Assembly (NCBI GenBank): GCA_951812855.1
Contig: OX638337.1
Location: 420,001-452,000, forward strand
Direction of reading: 5' to 3'
Origin: an uncultured Lentisphaeria bacterium
GTDB lineage: Bacteria > Verrucomicrobiota > Lentisphaeria > JABSQK01 > JAJFLO01
Length of the DNA stretch: 32,000 nt
Part shown: positions 1 through 8,481 of the stretch, one piece after another
Layout: each line of letters opens with the position of its first letter
Numbering within the stretch: position 1 is the stretch's first letter
Translations under genes and position numbers: made by a program
Notes under the pieces: generated by a model
Database searches by the model: none
What the model saw: the letters and a program-made list of their open reading frames with translations, nothing else
Told to the model about the DNA's origin: nothing

Positions 1-39
1 GTTTCTATTGGAAAGAAACTTGATGTATAGCATTAAATA

Positions 40-201
40 ATGATGAAAAATAACAGAAAAGATATAACGATGGAACAATTTAAGACTGTTGTGGGTAAGT
101 TAATGCAAACAGGAAAACCGACTATAAAATCAGAGAATAAGAAACCTACAAGAAAAGAATTGGAAGAAAGAATTTACCATAACGTTAATTATAAGTGCTA
201 A
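40..201 (+). CDS. small hypothetical ORF (53 aa, Lys-rich), below the ORF-track cutoff
   Basis: Hand translation gives ATG at 40 (second ATG at 43) and TAA at 199-201. Product: MMKNNRKDITMEQFKTVVGKLMQTGKPTIKSENKKPTRKELEERIYHNVNYKC. No family recognised. It converges on the glycosyltransferase remnant. Confidence 0.2.
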   Translation: MMKNNRKDITMEQFKTVVGKLMQTGKPTIKSENKKPTRKELEERIYHNVNYKC

Positions 202-241
202 GTAAAACCATAAAAAAATTCATAAGAATTTATAGAATTCC

Positions 242-910
242 TTATTTAAGTATATAATTCCCCTTAAAATGGTCTGCTCCCTCGGCGGGTGTTAAAAGCC
301 CTACATATTCACGAGCATGGATAAATGTCCAATAAATGAAATTCTTGAAATTTCCTGACAGAATAAATATTAAGCAGGTGGTTAAATAAGGAAGGGATAC
401 CCCAATGATAAATATAAGCATACGTATTATTAATTTTTTCCACCGCCGGGTGTTTATCATTATGTCATAAAACATGATTCCGAGTCCGGCAATCACAAAC
501 GTAAAATCATGTTGTTTTATTAACACGGCACATCCAAGTAATATACCCGCTGTCAGGCAGAAATAATTTTTCTCTTGATTCAGTGATATCAGAAGACACC
601 AGATTGCACTCAGCACAAACGGTATCATAAAATGTTCTGTATTGGCAAAAATACCCTGTACTGAACTGCTTAAATTATGAATCATGTAAAACCCGGCTGC
701 GATGACAGCTGAAATTGAACTGGATAACACACGTCCGGCAATCAGAAATATAAGAATAATACTGATAGAATTTGCAATGAGCAAACCGGTATGGATGGCT
801 GAAATTGAATGACCGAATACAGATAAAGCAGCACCATAAATCACATAAATTCCGGGTAGTTTCATACTGTAAAAATCTTTGTAAGGAACGAATCCCTGAA
901 GAAGTAGGAT
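242..910 (-). pseudogene. remnant of a GT-C fold (ArnT/PMT_2, GT39-like) membrane glycosyltransferase, truncated at both ends
   Basis: The 207-aa ORF is polytopic and hydrophobic, with family-typical strings KLPGIY (KPP-like), ANTEHF and LIKQ. The same frame stays open upstream of the ATG (ILLLQGFVPYKDFYS, 866-910), matching the conserved PY.D...KPP loop, then hits TAA TAA at 911-916. The N-terminal DE-loop region is therefore absent. The ORF stops after about 220 aa, whereas family members are usually 2x longer. No continuation was found in other frames. Confidence 0.5.
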
Positions 911-1133
911 TTATTAACACAAATATTTAAGAATATTGTTTTAATCAGTGTAATTTCAAAACGGTGGAATATCACCTCAATTTACAGGTATATAATTCAT
1001 GTCCTGTATAGTATAAAACAATATGGAGCTTACTATATCAGGAAATTAGTTTTTTAATCTTATTTACTGTCAATTTAAACAATTTCCGAATATCAAATCC
1101 TCTGCTTAACTCAGCGTTTGAACTGAAGTAAAT

Positions 1134-1162
1134 TTCAACAACCTCCTGAATTCGGATAAAAT
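1134..1162 (+). promoter_or_regulatory. candidate sigma70-type promoter for trkA (TTCAAC-17 nt-TAAAAT)
   Basis: Hexamers at 1134-1139 and 1157-1162 have a 17-nt spacer and lie about 20 nt upstream of the trkA ATG. Consensus match only. Confidence 0.2.
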
Positions 1163-1182
1163 TTAAACAAATGTGATTTATT

Positions 1183-2550
1183 ATGCGTGTTATAATCGTT
1201 GGTGCCGGTGAAGTTGGAAACCAATTGGCAAAGGTTTTATGTCACAGAAAAAATGATGTTATCATTATTGATCTGGATGATAAAATCTTAGAACAGTTAA
1301 AAAATCAATTAGATGTCATGACCCTGACAGGTAACGGTGCTGCAGGTCAGATATTAGTGAAAGCCGGTATTGATAAAGCAGATATGCTATTTGCAGTCAC
1401 AAATAATAGCGAAGCAAATATCCTAACCTGCGTGGTGGCAAAAAATTATAATGTACGGAAAAAAATTGCGAGAATAAAAACGAATGAGTATTTTGATGAT
1501 GCGAAGGGATTAAAACCCGAATTTTTCGGGATAGATCATGTTATAATTCCGGAATATGAATGTGCCACCGACATTCTCGATGCACTTCTGCGGCCGGCAA
1601 TCAGAGAAACAGTAAAGTTTCGTCACCCGGATGCCCAGATGGTAAATTTTCAGATTAAGCCGGGTTCGCCATTGGCAGGCTCCGCGTTAAAAAACTTTCC
1701 GATGCCCGAATTTATTAATAAATTACGAGTCTGTGCCATATTGAGATACGGGCAGTTAATTATCCCGACCGGTATTAATAAGTTCAATGCCTACGATGAG
1801 ATTTACGTTTCCGGTGACCAGACGGTTATTGACGAATTGATCTCACGGTCTGAAGGTGATGATAAATTTATTTCCAAAGTCATTATAGCCGGCGGTACAC
1901 GATTGGGAGGGATTCTAGCCTCAATGCTCGTTACTGCCGATATAAAAGTATCACTCATCGAACCGGATTTGGTTGAAGCTGAACGCGTGTGTGATCTCCT
2001 GGGAACATCAACATTAATTATTCATGGAGAGAGTACGGACATTTCCATTTTAGAAGAAGCTGGAATCGAACATTGCAATGCCTTTATCGCGGCCCGTCTT
2101 GATGATGAATCAAACCTGCTCAGCTGTGTATTGGCCCGTAATCATTGTGCCGGAAAAGTCATTGCCGTAACAGACAACCCGGATTACCTGAGGATCATTT
2201 CTGGATTAACAACAATTGATTGTTGTTTCTCGCCTCTGGTCTCAGCAGTCAATATTCTTATCAACTACATTAAGACAGAAAACAGGCAAACTGTCGCGAT
2301 GCTGAAACGAATCCCGGCAGAGATGATGGAATTAATTGTCCCCGCTGAATCACCAATAGCAAATCAAAAAATCAAGGACATATCACTACCCGCAAAAATG
2401 ATATTTTCGTTAATTATCAGGAACAACCATCTTGTCCCCGCTATTGGTGATGAAACGATTAAACCCAACGACAGTGTATTGGTATTAACCGAACCGGAAT
2501 CCGTCGAGACTGTGGGTAAATGGATTGATCCAAAAGGATTTTTCGCATGA
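1183..2550 (+). CDS. trkA: Trk system K+ uptake protein TrkA (tandem RCK/NAD-binding domains)
   Basis: N-terminal Rossmann motif IIVGAGEVG. A second half repeats the fold (VIIAGGTRLGG). The 455-aa length is typical. The stop overlaps the trkH start (ATGA at 2547-2550). Confidence 0.93.
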   Translation: MRVIIVGAGEVGNQLAKVLCHRKNDVIIIDLDDKILEQLKNQLDVMTLTGNGAAGQILVKAGIDKADMLFAVTNNSEANILTCVVAKNYNVRKKIARIKTNEYFDDAKGLKPEFFGIDHVIIPEYECATDILDALLRPAIRETVKFRHPDAQMVNFQIKPGSPLAGSALKNFPMPEFINKLRVCAILRYGQLIIPTGINKFNAYDEIYVSGDQTVIDELISRSEGDDKFISKVIIAGGTRLGGILASMLVTADIKVSLIEPDLVEAERVCDLLGTSTLIIHGESTDISILEEAGIEHCNAFIAARLDDESNLLSCVLARNHCAGKVIAVTDNPDYLRIISGLTTIDCCFSPLVSAVNILINYIKTENRQTVAMLKRIPAEMMELIVPAESPIANQKIKDISLPAKMIFSLIIRNNHLVPAIGDETIKPNDSVLVLTEPESVETVGKWIDPKGFFA

Positions 2551-4046
2551 ATTTAAAAGTGGTAGCACGCGTTGTATCTGCCATTCTTCTTGTAGTCGGT
2601 TTTGCTATGCTCTCAGCCGTCGGGGTTTCATGGTTAATGGGGGATTCAAAAACAATTATATTGGAATTTTTTATCTCCTCAATGCTCGTCATTATTATTG
2701 GCACTTTCGGAATCGTACTGCTCCCGTCCGAATCCACCATAAAATTCAAGGAAGGATTTGGAATTGTAACATTTAGCTGGTTAGGAGCCGCTGTATTTGG
2801 TGCTGTTCCCTATGTATGGGTCGGAAAATTATCCATTGTTGACGCATTATTTGAAACAATGTCGGGATTTACTACCACCGGTGCCAGTATTTTGGGAAAT
2901 ATCGAATCACTTCCTTACGGGTTATTATATTGGCGCAGTCTGACTCAATGGCTTGGCGGCATGGGAATTGTCGTATTGTCATTGGCAATTTTACCAATAT
3001 TGGGAATCGGCGGGATGCAGCTGTACAAGGCAGAAGCACCCGGACCGACAACAGATCAACTTACACCGCGAATCGCCAGTTCTGCCAAAATATTGTGGTT
3101 CATCTATGTCCTTTTATCAATTGTCGAAACAATTCTTCTGATGTGCGGCGGCATGGGGCTGTTCGACGCCTGGTGCCATACCAGCAGTACCCTTGCGACA
3201 GGTGGATTTTCTACCCGCCGGGACAGTATAAAGGCATTTGACAGTGCCTATATCGACGGGATTATAACCGTTTTTATGTTTCTTGCAGGTTGTAATTTTG
3301 TTCTTCATCTACGGGCAATTACCGGTAAACCTCAAGAATACTGGAGGGATGAAGAATTCCGATTTTATTTTCTGACAACGATTTTTGCCATTACAACTGT
3401 TGGCGCCAGTTTGTATTTCTCCGGTTATTATGGTCGACATATCGGTGAAATCCTCCGTCATACCTCATTTACATGCGTTAGTATCATAACAACTACCGGA
3501 TTTTGCACAGAAGATTTTGATCAATGGCCAACGTATACAAAGACCTTATTAATCTGTTTGATGTTTATCGGTGGATGCGGCGGTTCAACCGCCGGGGGTA
3601 TGAAAGCATCACGACTGCTTCTGCTGCTGAAGTTTTCAATTGTTCAGATACGCCGGTGCTTTTATCCCAGATCAATTGCCAATATCCGATTAAATAACCA
3701 GCGTGTAAATGACGACATAATGGCAAAGATTCTCGGTTTCTTTTTTATCAATATTAATATTTTTGTGTTGGTTACACTTCTTATTTGTGTTGTCGAACCC
3801 GGTCTTGGAGCAGCGGGAACACGGTCAGAAGTCGTATTTTCTGCAACGTCTCTTGAAACCGCAATGACCAGTGTTATTGCCACACTTTACAATATTGGCC
3901 CGGGATTAGCACAGGTTGGACCTACAATGAATTATGAATGGATGGCACCCCATACCAAGATGATTCTATTTTTTATTATGCTGATCGGCCGCCTGGAAGT
4001 TTATACAGTACTTGTTTTGTTTCTACCTGTTTTCTGGAGGAAATAA
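2547..4046 (+). CDS. trkH: TrkH/KtrB-family K+ transporter membrane subunit
   Basis: 499-aa polytopic protein with repeated selectivity-filter-like segments (SGFTTTGAS, LATGGFS, TTTGFCT, CGGSTAGGMK). Translationally coupled to trkA. Confidence 0.93.
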   Translation: MNLKVVARVVSAILLVVGFAMLSAVGVSWLMGDSKTIILEFFISSMLVIIIGTFGIVLLPSESTIKFKEGFGIVTFSWLGAAVFGAVPYVWVGKLSIVDALFETMSGFTTTGASILGNIESLPYGLLYWRSLTQWLGGMGIVVLSLAILPILGIGGMQLYKAEAPGPTTDQLTPRIASSAKILWFIYVLLSIVETILLMCGGMGLFDAWCHTSSTLATGGFSTRRDSIKAFDSAYIDGIITVFMFLAGCNFVLHLRAITGKPQEYWRDEEFRFYFLTTIFAITTVGASLYFSGYYGRHIGEILRHTSFTCVSIITTTGFCTEDFDQWPTYTKTLLICLMFIGGCGGSTAGGMKASRLLLLLKFSIVQIRRCFYPRSIANIRLNNQRVNDDIMAKILGFFFININIFVLVTLLICVVEPGLGAAGTRSEVVFSATSLETAMTSVIATLYNIGPGLAQVGPTMNYEWMAPHTKMILFFIMLIGRLEVYTVLVLFLPVFWRK

Positions 4047-4127
4047 ACTTGTATTAACATGTTATCGCTGTAGGTTTAATCTCTGTATTGGAGTCGTAAT
4101 ATTTTATAGACAAACTGAGAGTTTCTT

Positions 4128-4787
4128 ATGTCAAAAAACTGTGCAGTATTGGATTCTTCTATTGGTAAAAAGGTCATCATGGCAATTACCGGTGCACTGC
4201 TGTTTGGTTTTCTTCTCTCCCACCTTGCCGGCAATTTTCTGATGTTTTGCGGTGCAGAAGCCTATAATAATTATTCACATGCACTGGTATCAAATCCCTT
4301 AATATATGTTGCAGAATTCTTTTTAGCTGCCGTATTCCTCGGGCATATTATTAATGGAATTATTTTGACCGTTCGAAATAAAAAGGCACGTCCCGTTGAG
4401 TATGCCATGACTCAGTCCCTGGGAGAAAAGAGTATTGCATCTCAAACCATGATCTGGTCCGGATTAATTGTTTTCTATTTTCTTGTCATTCATTTGGTTA
4501 CATTTAAATTCGGAACGGATGTTTCGCCGGCATCAGCAGATGGAGTACGTGACATTTATTCGTTAGTCGTCGCACGATTCAGTGAAAAAATCTATTCAAT
4601 TTTTTATATTATGTGCATGATTATGCTTGGTTTTCATTTGAGCCATGCAATCCAGAGTTTATTTAGAACATTAGGGCTGAGTCAACCCAAATATCTGGCT
4701 ATAATCAAAGTACTTTCAATTTTAACCGGAATCGGTATTGCCGCAGGATATTGTATCTTCCCAATTTATTTCGGTTTTATAAAATAG
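4128..4787 (+). CDS. sdhC: succinate dehydrogenase/fumarate reductase cytochrome b subunit (single-subunit b558 type)
   Basis: 219-aa, roughly 5-TM protein with His residues spaced in the helices ([30 protein letters not shown]). Sits immediately upstream of sdhA/sdhB. Confidence 0.85.
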   Translation: MSKNCAVLDSSIGKKVIMAITGALLFGFLLSHLAGNFLMFCGAEAYNNYSHALVSNPLIYVAEFFLAAVFLGHIINGIILTVRNKKARPVEYAMTQSLGEKSIASQTMIWSGLIVFYFLVIHLVTFKFGTDVSPASADGVRDIYSLVVARFSEKIYSIFYIMCMIMLGFHLSHAIQSLFRTLGLSQPKYLAIIKVLSILTGIGIAAGYCIFPIYFGFIK

Positions 4788-4794
4788 AGACACT

Positions 4795-6711
4795 ATGGAA
4801 CTCAATTCAAAAATTCCTGATGGACCAATAGAGAAAAAATGGGATAAGCACAAGTTTGATGTAAAACTGGTTAATCCGGCGAACAAACGCAAATTCAACA
4901 TCATTGTTGTCGGTACCGGACTTGCCGGCGGTTCCGCGGCGGCATCTCTGGCGGAACTCGGATATAATGTAAAATGCTTCTGCATTCAGGACAGCCCGCG
5001 CAGAGCACACAGTATCGCGGCTCAGGGAGGAATCAACGCTGCAAAAAATTACCAGAATGACGGTGACAGTGTCTATCGATTATTCTACGATACCGTAAAA
5101 GGTGGTGATTTCAGATCCCGTGAAGCCAACGTCTATCGTCTCGCTCAACTTAGCGTCAATATCATCGACCAATGCGTCGCACAAGGTGTCCCTTTTGCAC
5201 GTGATTATGGCGGACTGTTAGATAACCGTTCATTTGGGGGTGCTCAGGTTTCTCGAACATTTTATGCCCGCGGCCAAACAGGTCAGCAACTGCTGCTCGG
5301 TGCCTATAGTGCACTGTCCCGGCAAATCAGCCTCGGAAATGTCGATATGTATCCGCGACACGAAATGCTGGATTTAGTTACTGTTGACGGCCATGCTCGA
5401 GGTATAATCACACGAAACCTCGTTAACGGCAGTATAGAGCCCCATGCCGGAGATGCAGTTGTTCTATGTACTGGCGGCTATGTCAATGTATTTTATCTTT
5501 CAACAAATGGGCAGGGTTGTAATGTAACAGCTTCCTGGCGTGCCTATAAAAACGGTGCTGCGTTTGCGAATCCATGCTACACACAAATTCACCCGACCTG
5601 CCTGCCGGTATCCGGTGATCATCAGTCAAAACTGACATTAATGAGTGAATCCCTGAGAAACGATGGTCGTGTCTGGGTTCCGAAAAATAAAGAGGATAAA
5701 CGCAGACCAAACGAAATTCCTGAAAACGAACGTGATTATTATCTGGAACGCCGCTACCCGGCATTTGGTAATTTAGTACCGCGCGACGTTGCATCAAGAG
5801 CAGCAAAAAAAATGTGTGATGACGGTTTTGGTGTCGGTGCTGCAAAGACTTCGGTATATCTTGATTTTGCAAATGCAATTGAGCGAATGGGCAAACAAAC
5901 AGTTGAAGCAAAATATGGCAACCTGTTCCAGATGTATGACCGGATAACCGATGAAAATCCATACAAATTTCCAATGAGAATATACCCGGCTCCGCATTAT
6001 GCCATGGGCGGTTTGTGGGTTGATTATAATCTGATGAGTACTGTTCCCGGCCTATTCGTATTAGGGGAAGCAAACTTCTCGGATCATGGTGCAAACCGTT
6101 TAGGTGCAAGTGCCCTGATGCAAGGTCTGGCAGACGGATATTTTGTCATTCCGTATACCATTTGTGATTATTTAGCTGAATCCCTTGGAAAAGATAAAAT
6201 TGATACGAGTCACGCGTCATTTAAGGATGGTGAAAAAGCGGTGAACGATAAACTGAAAAAATTACTGTCTATTAAAGGGAAACGAACCGCAGACGAATTT
6301 CATCGAAAACTGGGACGTATAATGTGGAACCGGTGCGGTATGTCACGTCATAAAGACGGATTGACCGAAGCACTTGAGTCAATACCAAAGTTAAGAGAAG
6401 AATTTTACAGTGACCTGATTATCAGCGGATCCGGCGAAGAATTAAATCAATCGCTGGAGAAAGCCGGCCGTGTTGCCGATTTCTTCGAGCTCGGTGAACT
6501 TATGGTACGTGATGCCTTGAACCGAAACGAATCATGCGGCGGTCATTTCCGGGAAGAATATCAAACCGAGAATAATGAAGCAATGCGTGATGACGAGAAT
6601 TACTCCTATGCAGCTGCCTGGGAATATAAGGGTGAGAATGACGCTCCGGCATTGAACAAAGAGCCATTGGAATTTGAGCATGTCCATTTAGTTCAGAGGA
6701 GTTATAAATAA
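4795..6711 (+). CDS. sdhA: succinate dehydrogenase/fumarate reductase flavoprotein subunit
   Basis: FAD dinucleotide fold [12 protein letters not shown]. Covalent-FAD histidine context [15 protein letters not shown]-terminal [13 protein letters not shown] motif. 638 aa. Confidence 0.97.
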   Translation: MELNSKIPDGPIEKKWDKHKFDVKLVNPANKRKFNIIVVGTGLAGGSAAASLAELGYNVKCFCIQDSPRRAHSIAAQGGINAAKNYQNDGDSVYRLFYDTVKGGDFRSREANVYRLAQLSVNIIDQCVAQGVPFARDYGGLLDNRSFGGAQVSRTFYARGQTGQQLLLGAYSALSRQISLGNVDMYPRHEMLDLVTVDGHARGIITRNLVNGSIEPHAGDAVVLCTGGYVNVFYLSTNGQGCNVTASWRAYKNGAAFANPCYTQIHPTCLPVSGDHQSKLTLMSESLRNDGRVWVPKNKEDKRRPNEIPENERDYYLERRYPAFGNLVPRDVASRAAKKMCDDGFGVGAAKTSVYLDFANAIERMGKQTVEAKYGNLFQMYDRITDENPYKFPMRIYPAPHYAMGGLWVDYNLMSTVPGLFVLGEANFSDHGANRLGASALMQGLADGYFVIPYTICDYLAESLGKDKIDTSHASFKDGEKAVNDKLKKLLSIKGKRTADEFHRKLGRIMWNRCGMSRHKDGLTEALESIPKLREEFYSDLIISGSGEELNQSLEKAGRVADFFELGELMVRDALNRNESCGGHFREEYQTENNEAMRDDENYSYAAAWEYKGENDAPALNKEPLEFEHVHLVQRSYK

Positions 6712-7472
6712 TGAATTTCAGTATAACATTAAAAATTTGGCGCCAAAAATCTGAATTTGACACCGGACGTTTTGTCAGCTATAACCTTGATCATGTATCA
6801 CCGGACATGTCATTCTTAGAGATGCTGGACACTCTAAACGTACAACTTGAAGAAAAAGGTAAAGAAACAGTAGCCTTTGATCATGATTGCCGTGAAGGGA
6901 TTTGTGGTGCCTGCAGCCTCTATATCAACGGTGAACCGCATGGACCGGATCGTGGCACGACAACCTGTCAGCTGCATATGCGCCGATTCAAAGAGGGTGA
7001 TGTCATCTATATTGAACCCTGGCGTGCGAAACCGTTTAAGGTGGTTAAAGACCTTGTCGTTGATCGGTCATCATTTGACCGTATTATTCAGGCCGGCGGG
7101 TATATTTCCGTTAATACCGGAAACGCACGTGATGCCAATGCCATTCCAATCGGCAAAACAAAATCTGATCTGGCCTTTGATGCGGCTGCCTGTATCGGGT
7201 GTGGGGCATGTGTTGCAGCATGTAAAAATGCATCAGCCATGTTATTTGTATCAGCAAAAGTAACGCAGCTGTCAATCCTTCCACAAGGTCATCCGGAGCG
7301 ATACGATCGCGTATCAAAAATGGTCAGTGTTATGGATCAGGAAGGCTTCGGCAATTGCACCAACGAAGGCGAATGCGAAGCAGCGTGTCCAAAAGAGATT
7401 AAAAAAGAAAACATCTCTCGTCTCAATCGGGAATTCATCGTCTCAAAAGTCAAATCTGCGTTTTCGTCTTAA
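6711..7472 (+). CDS. sdhB: succinate dehydrogenase/fumarate reductase iron-sulfur subunit
   Basis: Three Cys clusters: [10 protein letters not shown]...[12 protein letters not shown] and [12 protein letters not shown]. The start overlaps the sdhA stop (TAATG). GAGGAG lies 9 nt upstream. Confidence 0.95.
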   Translation: MNFSITLKIWRQKSEFDTGRFVSYNLDHVSPDMSFLEMLDTLNVQLEEKGKETVAFDHDCREGICGACSLYINGEPHGPDRGTTTCQLHMRRFKEGDVIYIEPWRAKPFKVVKDLVVDRSSFDRIIQAGGYISVNTGNARDANAIPIGKTKSDLAFDAAACIGCGACVAACKNASAMLFVSAKVTQLSILPQGHPERYDRVSKMVSVMDQEGFGNCTNEGECEAACPKEIKKENISRLNREFIVSKVKSAFSS

Positions 7473-7473
7473 A

Positions 7474-7638
7474 TCACACGATATCGACTGTTTTGACCCT
7501 CTGTACTCTGTTGTAATAATCGTGGGGAAATCCGGGGGGACAAAAATTTTTAATGCCGGCATGGATGACTATTTGTCTAACCCTGCGAAAATTGAAAAAT
7601 TACAAATTAAACTCACCGATTTAGGTAAAGATGCATAA
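7474..7638 (+). pseudogene. relic of the C-terminal part of a response-regulator receiver domain
   Basis: The frame open from 7474 reads SHDIDCFDPLYSVVIIVGKSGGTKIFNAGMDDYLSNPAKIEKLQIKLTDLGKDA. AGMDDYLS.P is the classic receiver alpha4-beta5 string, but the conserved Lys is Asn (SNP) and the conserved Thr position is Gly. The segment is shortened, and there is no N-terminal half and no usable start. The listed 103-aa ORF 7327..7638 only gains length by running over the sdhB 3' end in another frame. Confidence 0.4.
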
Positions 7639-7652
7639 ATAAAATTAGAAAC

Positions 7653-8018
7653 TTAATACTCCGGACGCTTTTCTTTAATGACGGTTGCTTCTTTAAGTTC
7701 AAACGCCTTTTCCAACTCCTGACCCAATTCATTTGCAAAATCCATTGCCCGGTCATCAAAGACATGTATTTCTCCGTTACTTGTTGCCAGACTCTCTATT
7801 CTTGCTAAATGAATCGATTTGTTTAATTTTTTCTGTTCCAGATATATATCAAACGTTTTACGCGTCCATCCTTCCACATATAACCTGAAATTAAATTTCG
7901 GGCACAGATCGTTTATGATTTTTTCCAGTGTTTCAAATTCAGAGGACACAGATGTATCTTTTAGTTTAACCAATAATCTAATCTCCGGTTTAATAGACTT
8001 AATTTGTACCTGATTCAT
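7653..8018 (-). CDS. hypothetical protein (121 aa), no family recognised
   Basis: Clean ORF with a mixed alpha/beta-looking, charged sequence. It is bounded by an intergenic region on both sides. No signal peptide or TM segment. Confidence 0.55.
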   Translation of the reverse strand: MNQVQIKSIKPEIRLLVKLKDTSVSSEFETLEKIINDLCPKFNFRLYVEGWTRKTFDIYLEQKKLNKSIHLARIESLATSNGEIHVFDDRAMDFANELGQELEKAFELKEATVIKEKRPEY

Positions 8019-8109
8019 TTTGCTTAGAGAAAATCAACCGCTTCTATGTCAACTTAGCAAAAAAAATTACTAACACAAATGGTAAAAACTCTAAAATTAT
8101 TTTATACAG

Positions 8110-8160
8110 CGTTTAGCTTAAAAATTGATGATTTCAAACACGGCTGTAACAAGCTAAACG
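8110..8160. repeat. perfect 10-bp inverted repeat CGTTTAGCTT / AAGCTAAACG separated by 31 nt
   Basis: Read directly: 8110-8119 and 8151-8160 are exact reverse complements. They lie in the 463-bp divergent intergenic region. Confidence 0.6.
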
Positions 8161-8327
8161 ATTTATTCTGGTTTATTCTGTGACTGTTTTTGCAACACTC
8201 TGAATTTCAACGTGGTGGAGCATTTTATACAACAGCATAGTTATTTAATATTATTTTCTCAGAAAACTATGGTGTTTTTATTGAAAAATTATAGCAATAA
8301 ATTAGTCGCCACGCTATTATAGCCCCC

Positions 8328-8356
8328 TTGCCATTCTATCATTTTCTGATTATAGT
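8328..8356 (+). promoter_or_regulatory. candidate sigma70-type promoter for the 1205-aa gene (TTGCCA-17 nt-TATAGT)
   Basis: -35 at 8328-8333 and -10 at 8351-8356 with a 17-nt spacer. This would give a 5' leader of about 120 nt before the ATG at 8482. Consensus match only. Confidence 0.3.
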
Positions 8357-8481
8357 TCAAAAAATTATTAGTCAAACGAAAATACAGTGTAATTTGAGAT
8401 TACGTAAACGGGAGCTTATCGATATTACAGAAACTATAACACCTTAAATTTTACAGCAGTACATTCCAGGTGATTTAACCC

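Noticed and set aside
866-1182. Possible c-di-AMP (ydaO/kimA-type) riboswitch in the 316-bp region upstream of trkA. This class often precedes K+ transporter genes.
   Set aside because: I could not find the conserved G-rich cores of that class (GGGGA / GGGUGAAUC / CCGA.CCCG...CUAACC). The region is AT-rich, with only a 7-bp long-range pairing (TCCGAAT 1085-1091 / ATTCGGA 1150-1156). The GAATCC...GTAGG resemblance at 885-910 lies inside the glycosyltransferase remnant. A cmscan would settle it.
5483-6109. A long antisense ORF (208 aa) inside sdhA, plus similar alternative-frame or antisense ORFs in the track. Examples: 675..920, 2459..2776, 2930..3308, 3662..3883, 4012..4242, 4722..5010, 5754..5997, 6500..6763, 6877..7317, 7819..8013, 8697..9011, 9737..10222, 10754..10960, 12846..13052, 14899..15189, 16471..16812, 17449..17655, 19513..19815, 19984..20205, 22108..22338, 24361..24597, 24741..24956, 25001..25294, 25582..25773, 25879..26064, 28236..28490, 28914..29138, 30701..30892, 31607..31801.
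   Set aside because: Each lies within or against a gene with strong family signatures. Their translations are low-complexity or Arg/Cys/His-rich with no motifs, which is typical of shadow ORFs.
7327-7638. Treating the listed 103-aa ORF as a real gene.
   Set aside because: Its first 146 nt overlap the sdhB 3' end out of frame. Only the last 55 codons carry a degenerate receiver-like signal, so it is reported as a relic instead.
8213-8221. GCTCCACCA on the minus strand, resembling a tRNA/tmRNA 3' end. A nearby AACGAAAAT stretch vaguely resembles a tmRNA tag.
   Set aside because: There is no T-arm (GGTTCGAATCC-like) upstream, no acceptor pairing partner, and no plausible tag reading frame ending in hydrophobic residues.
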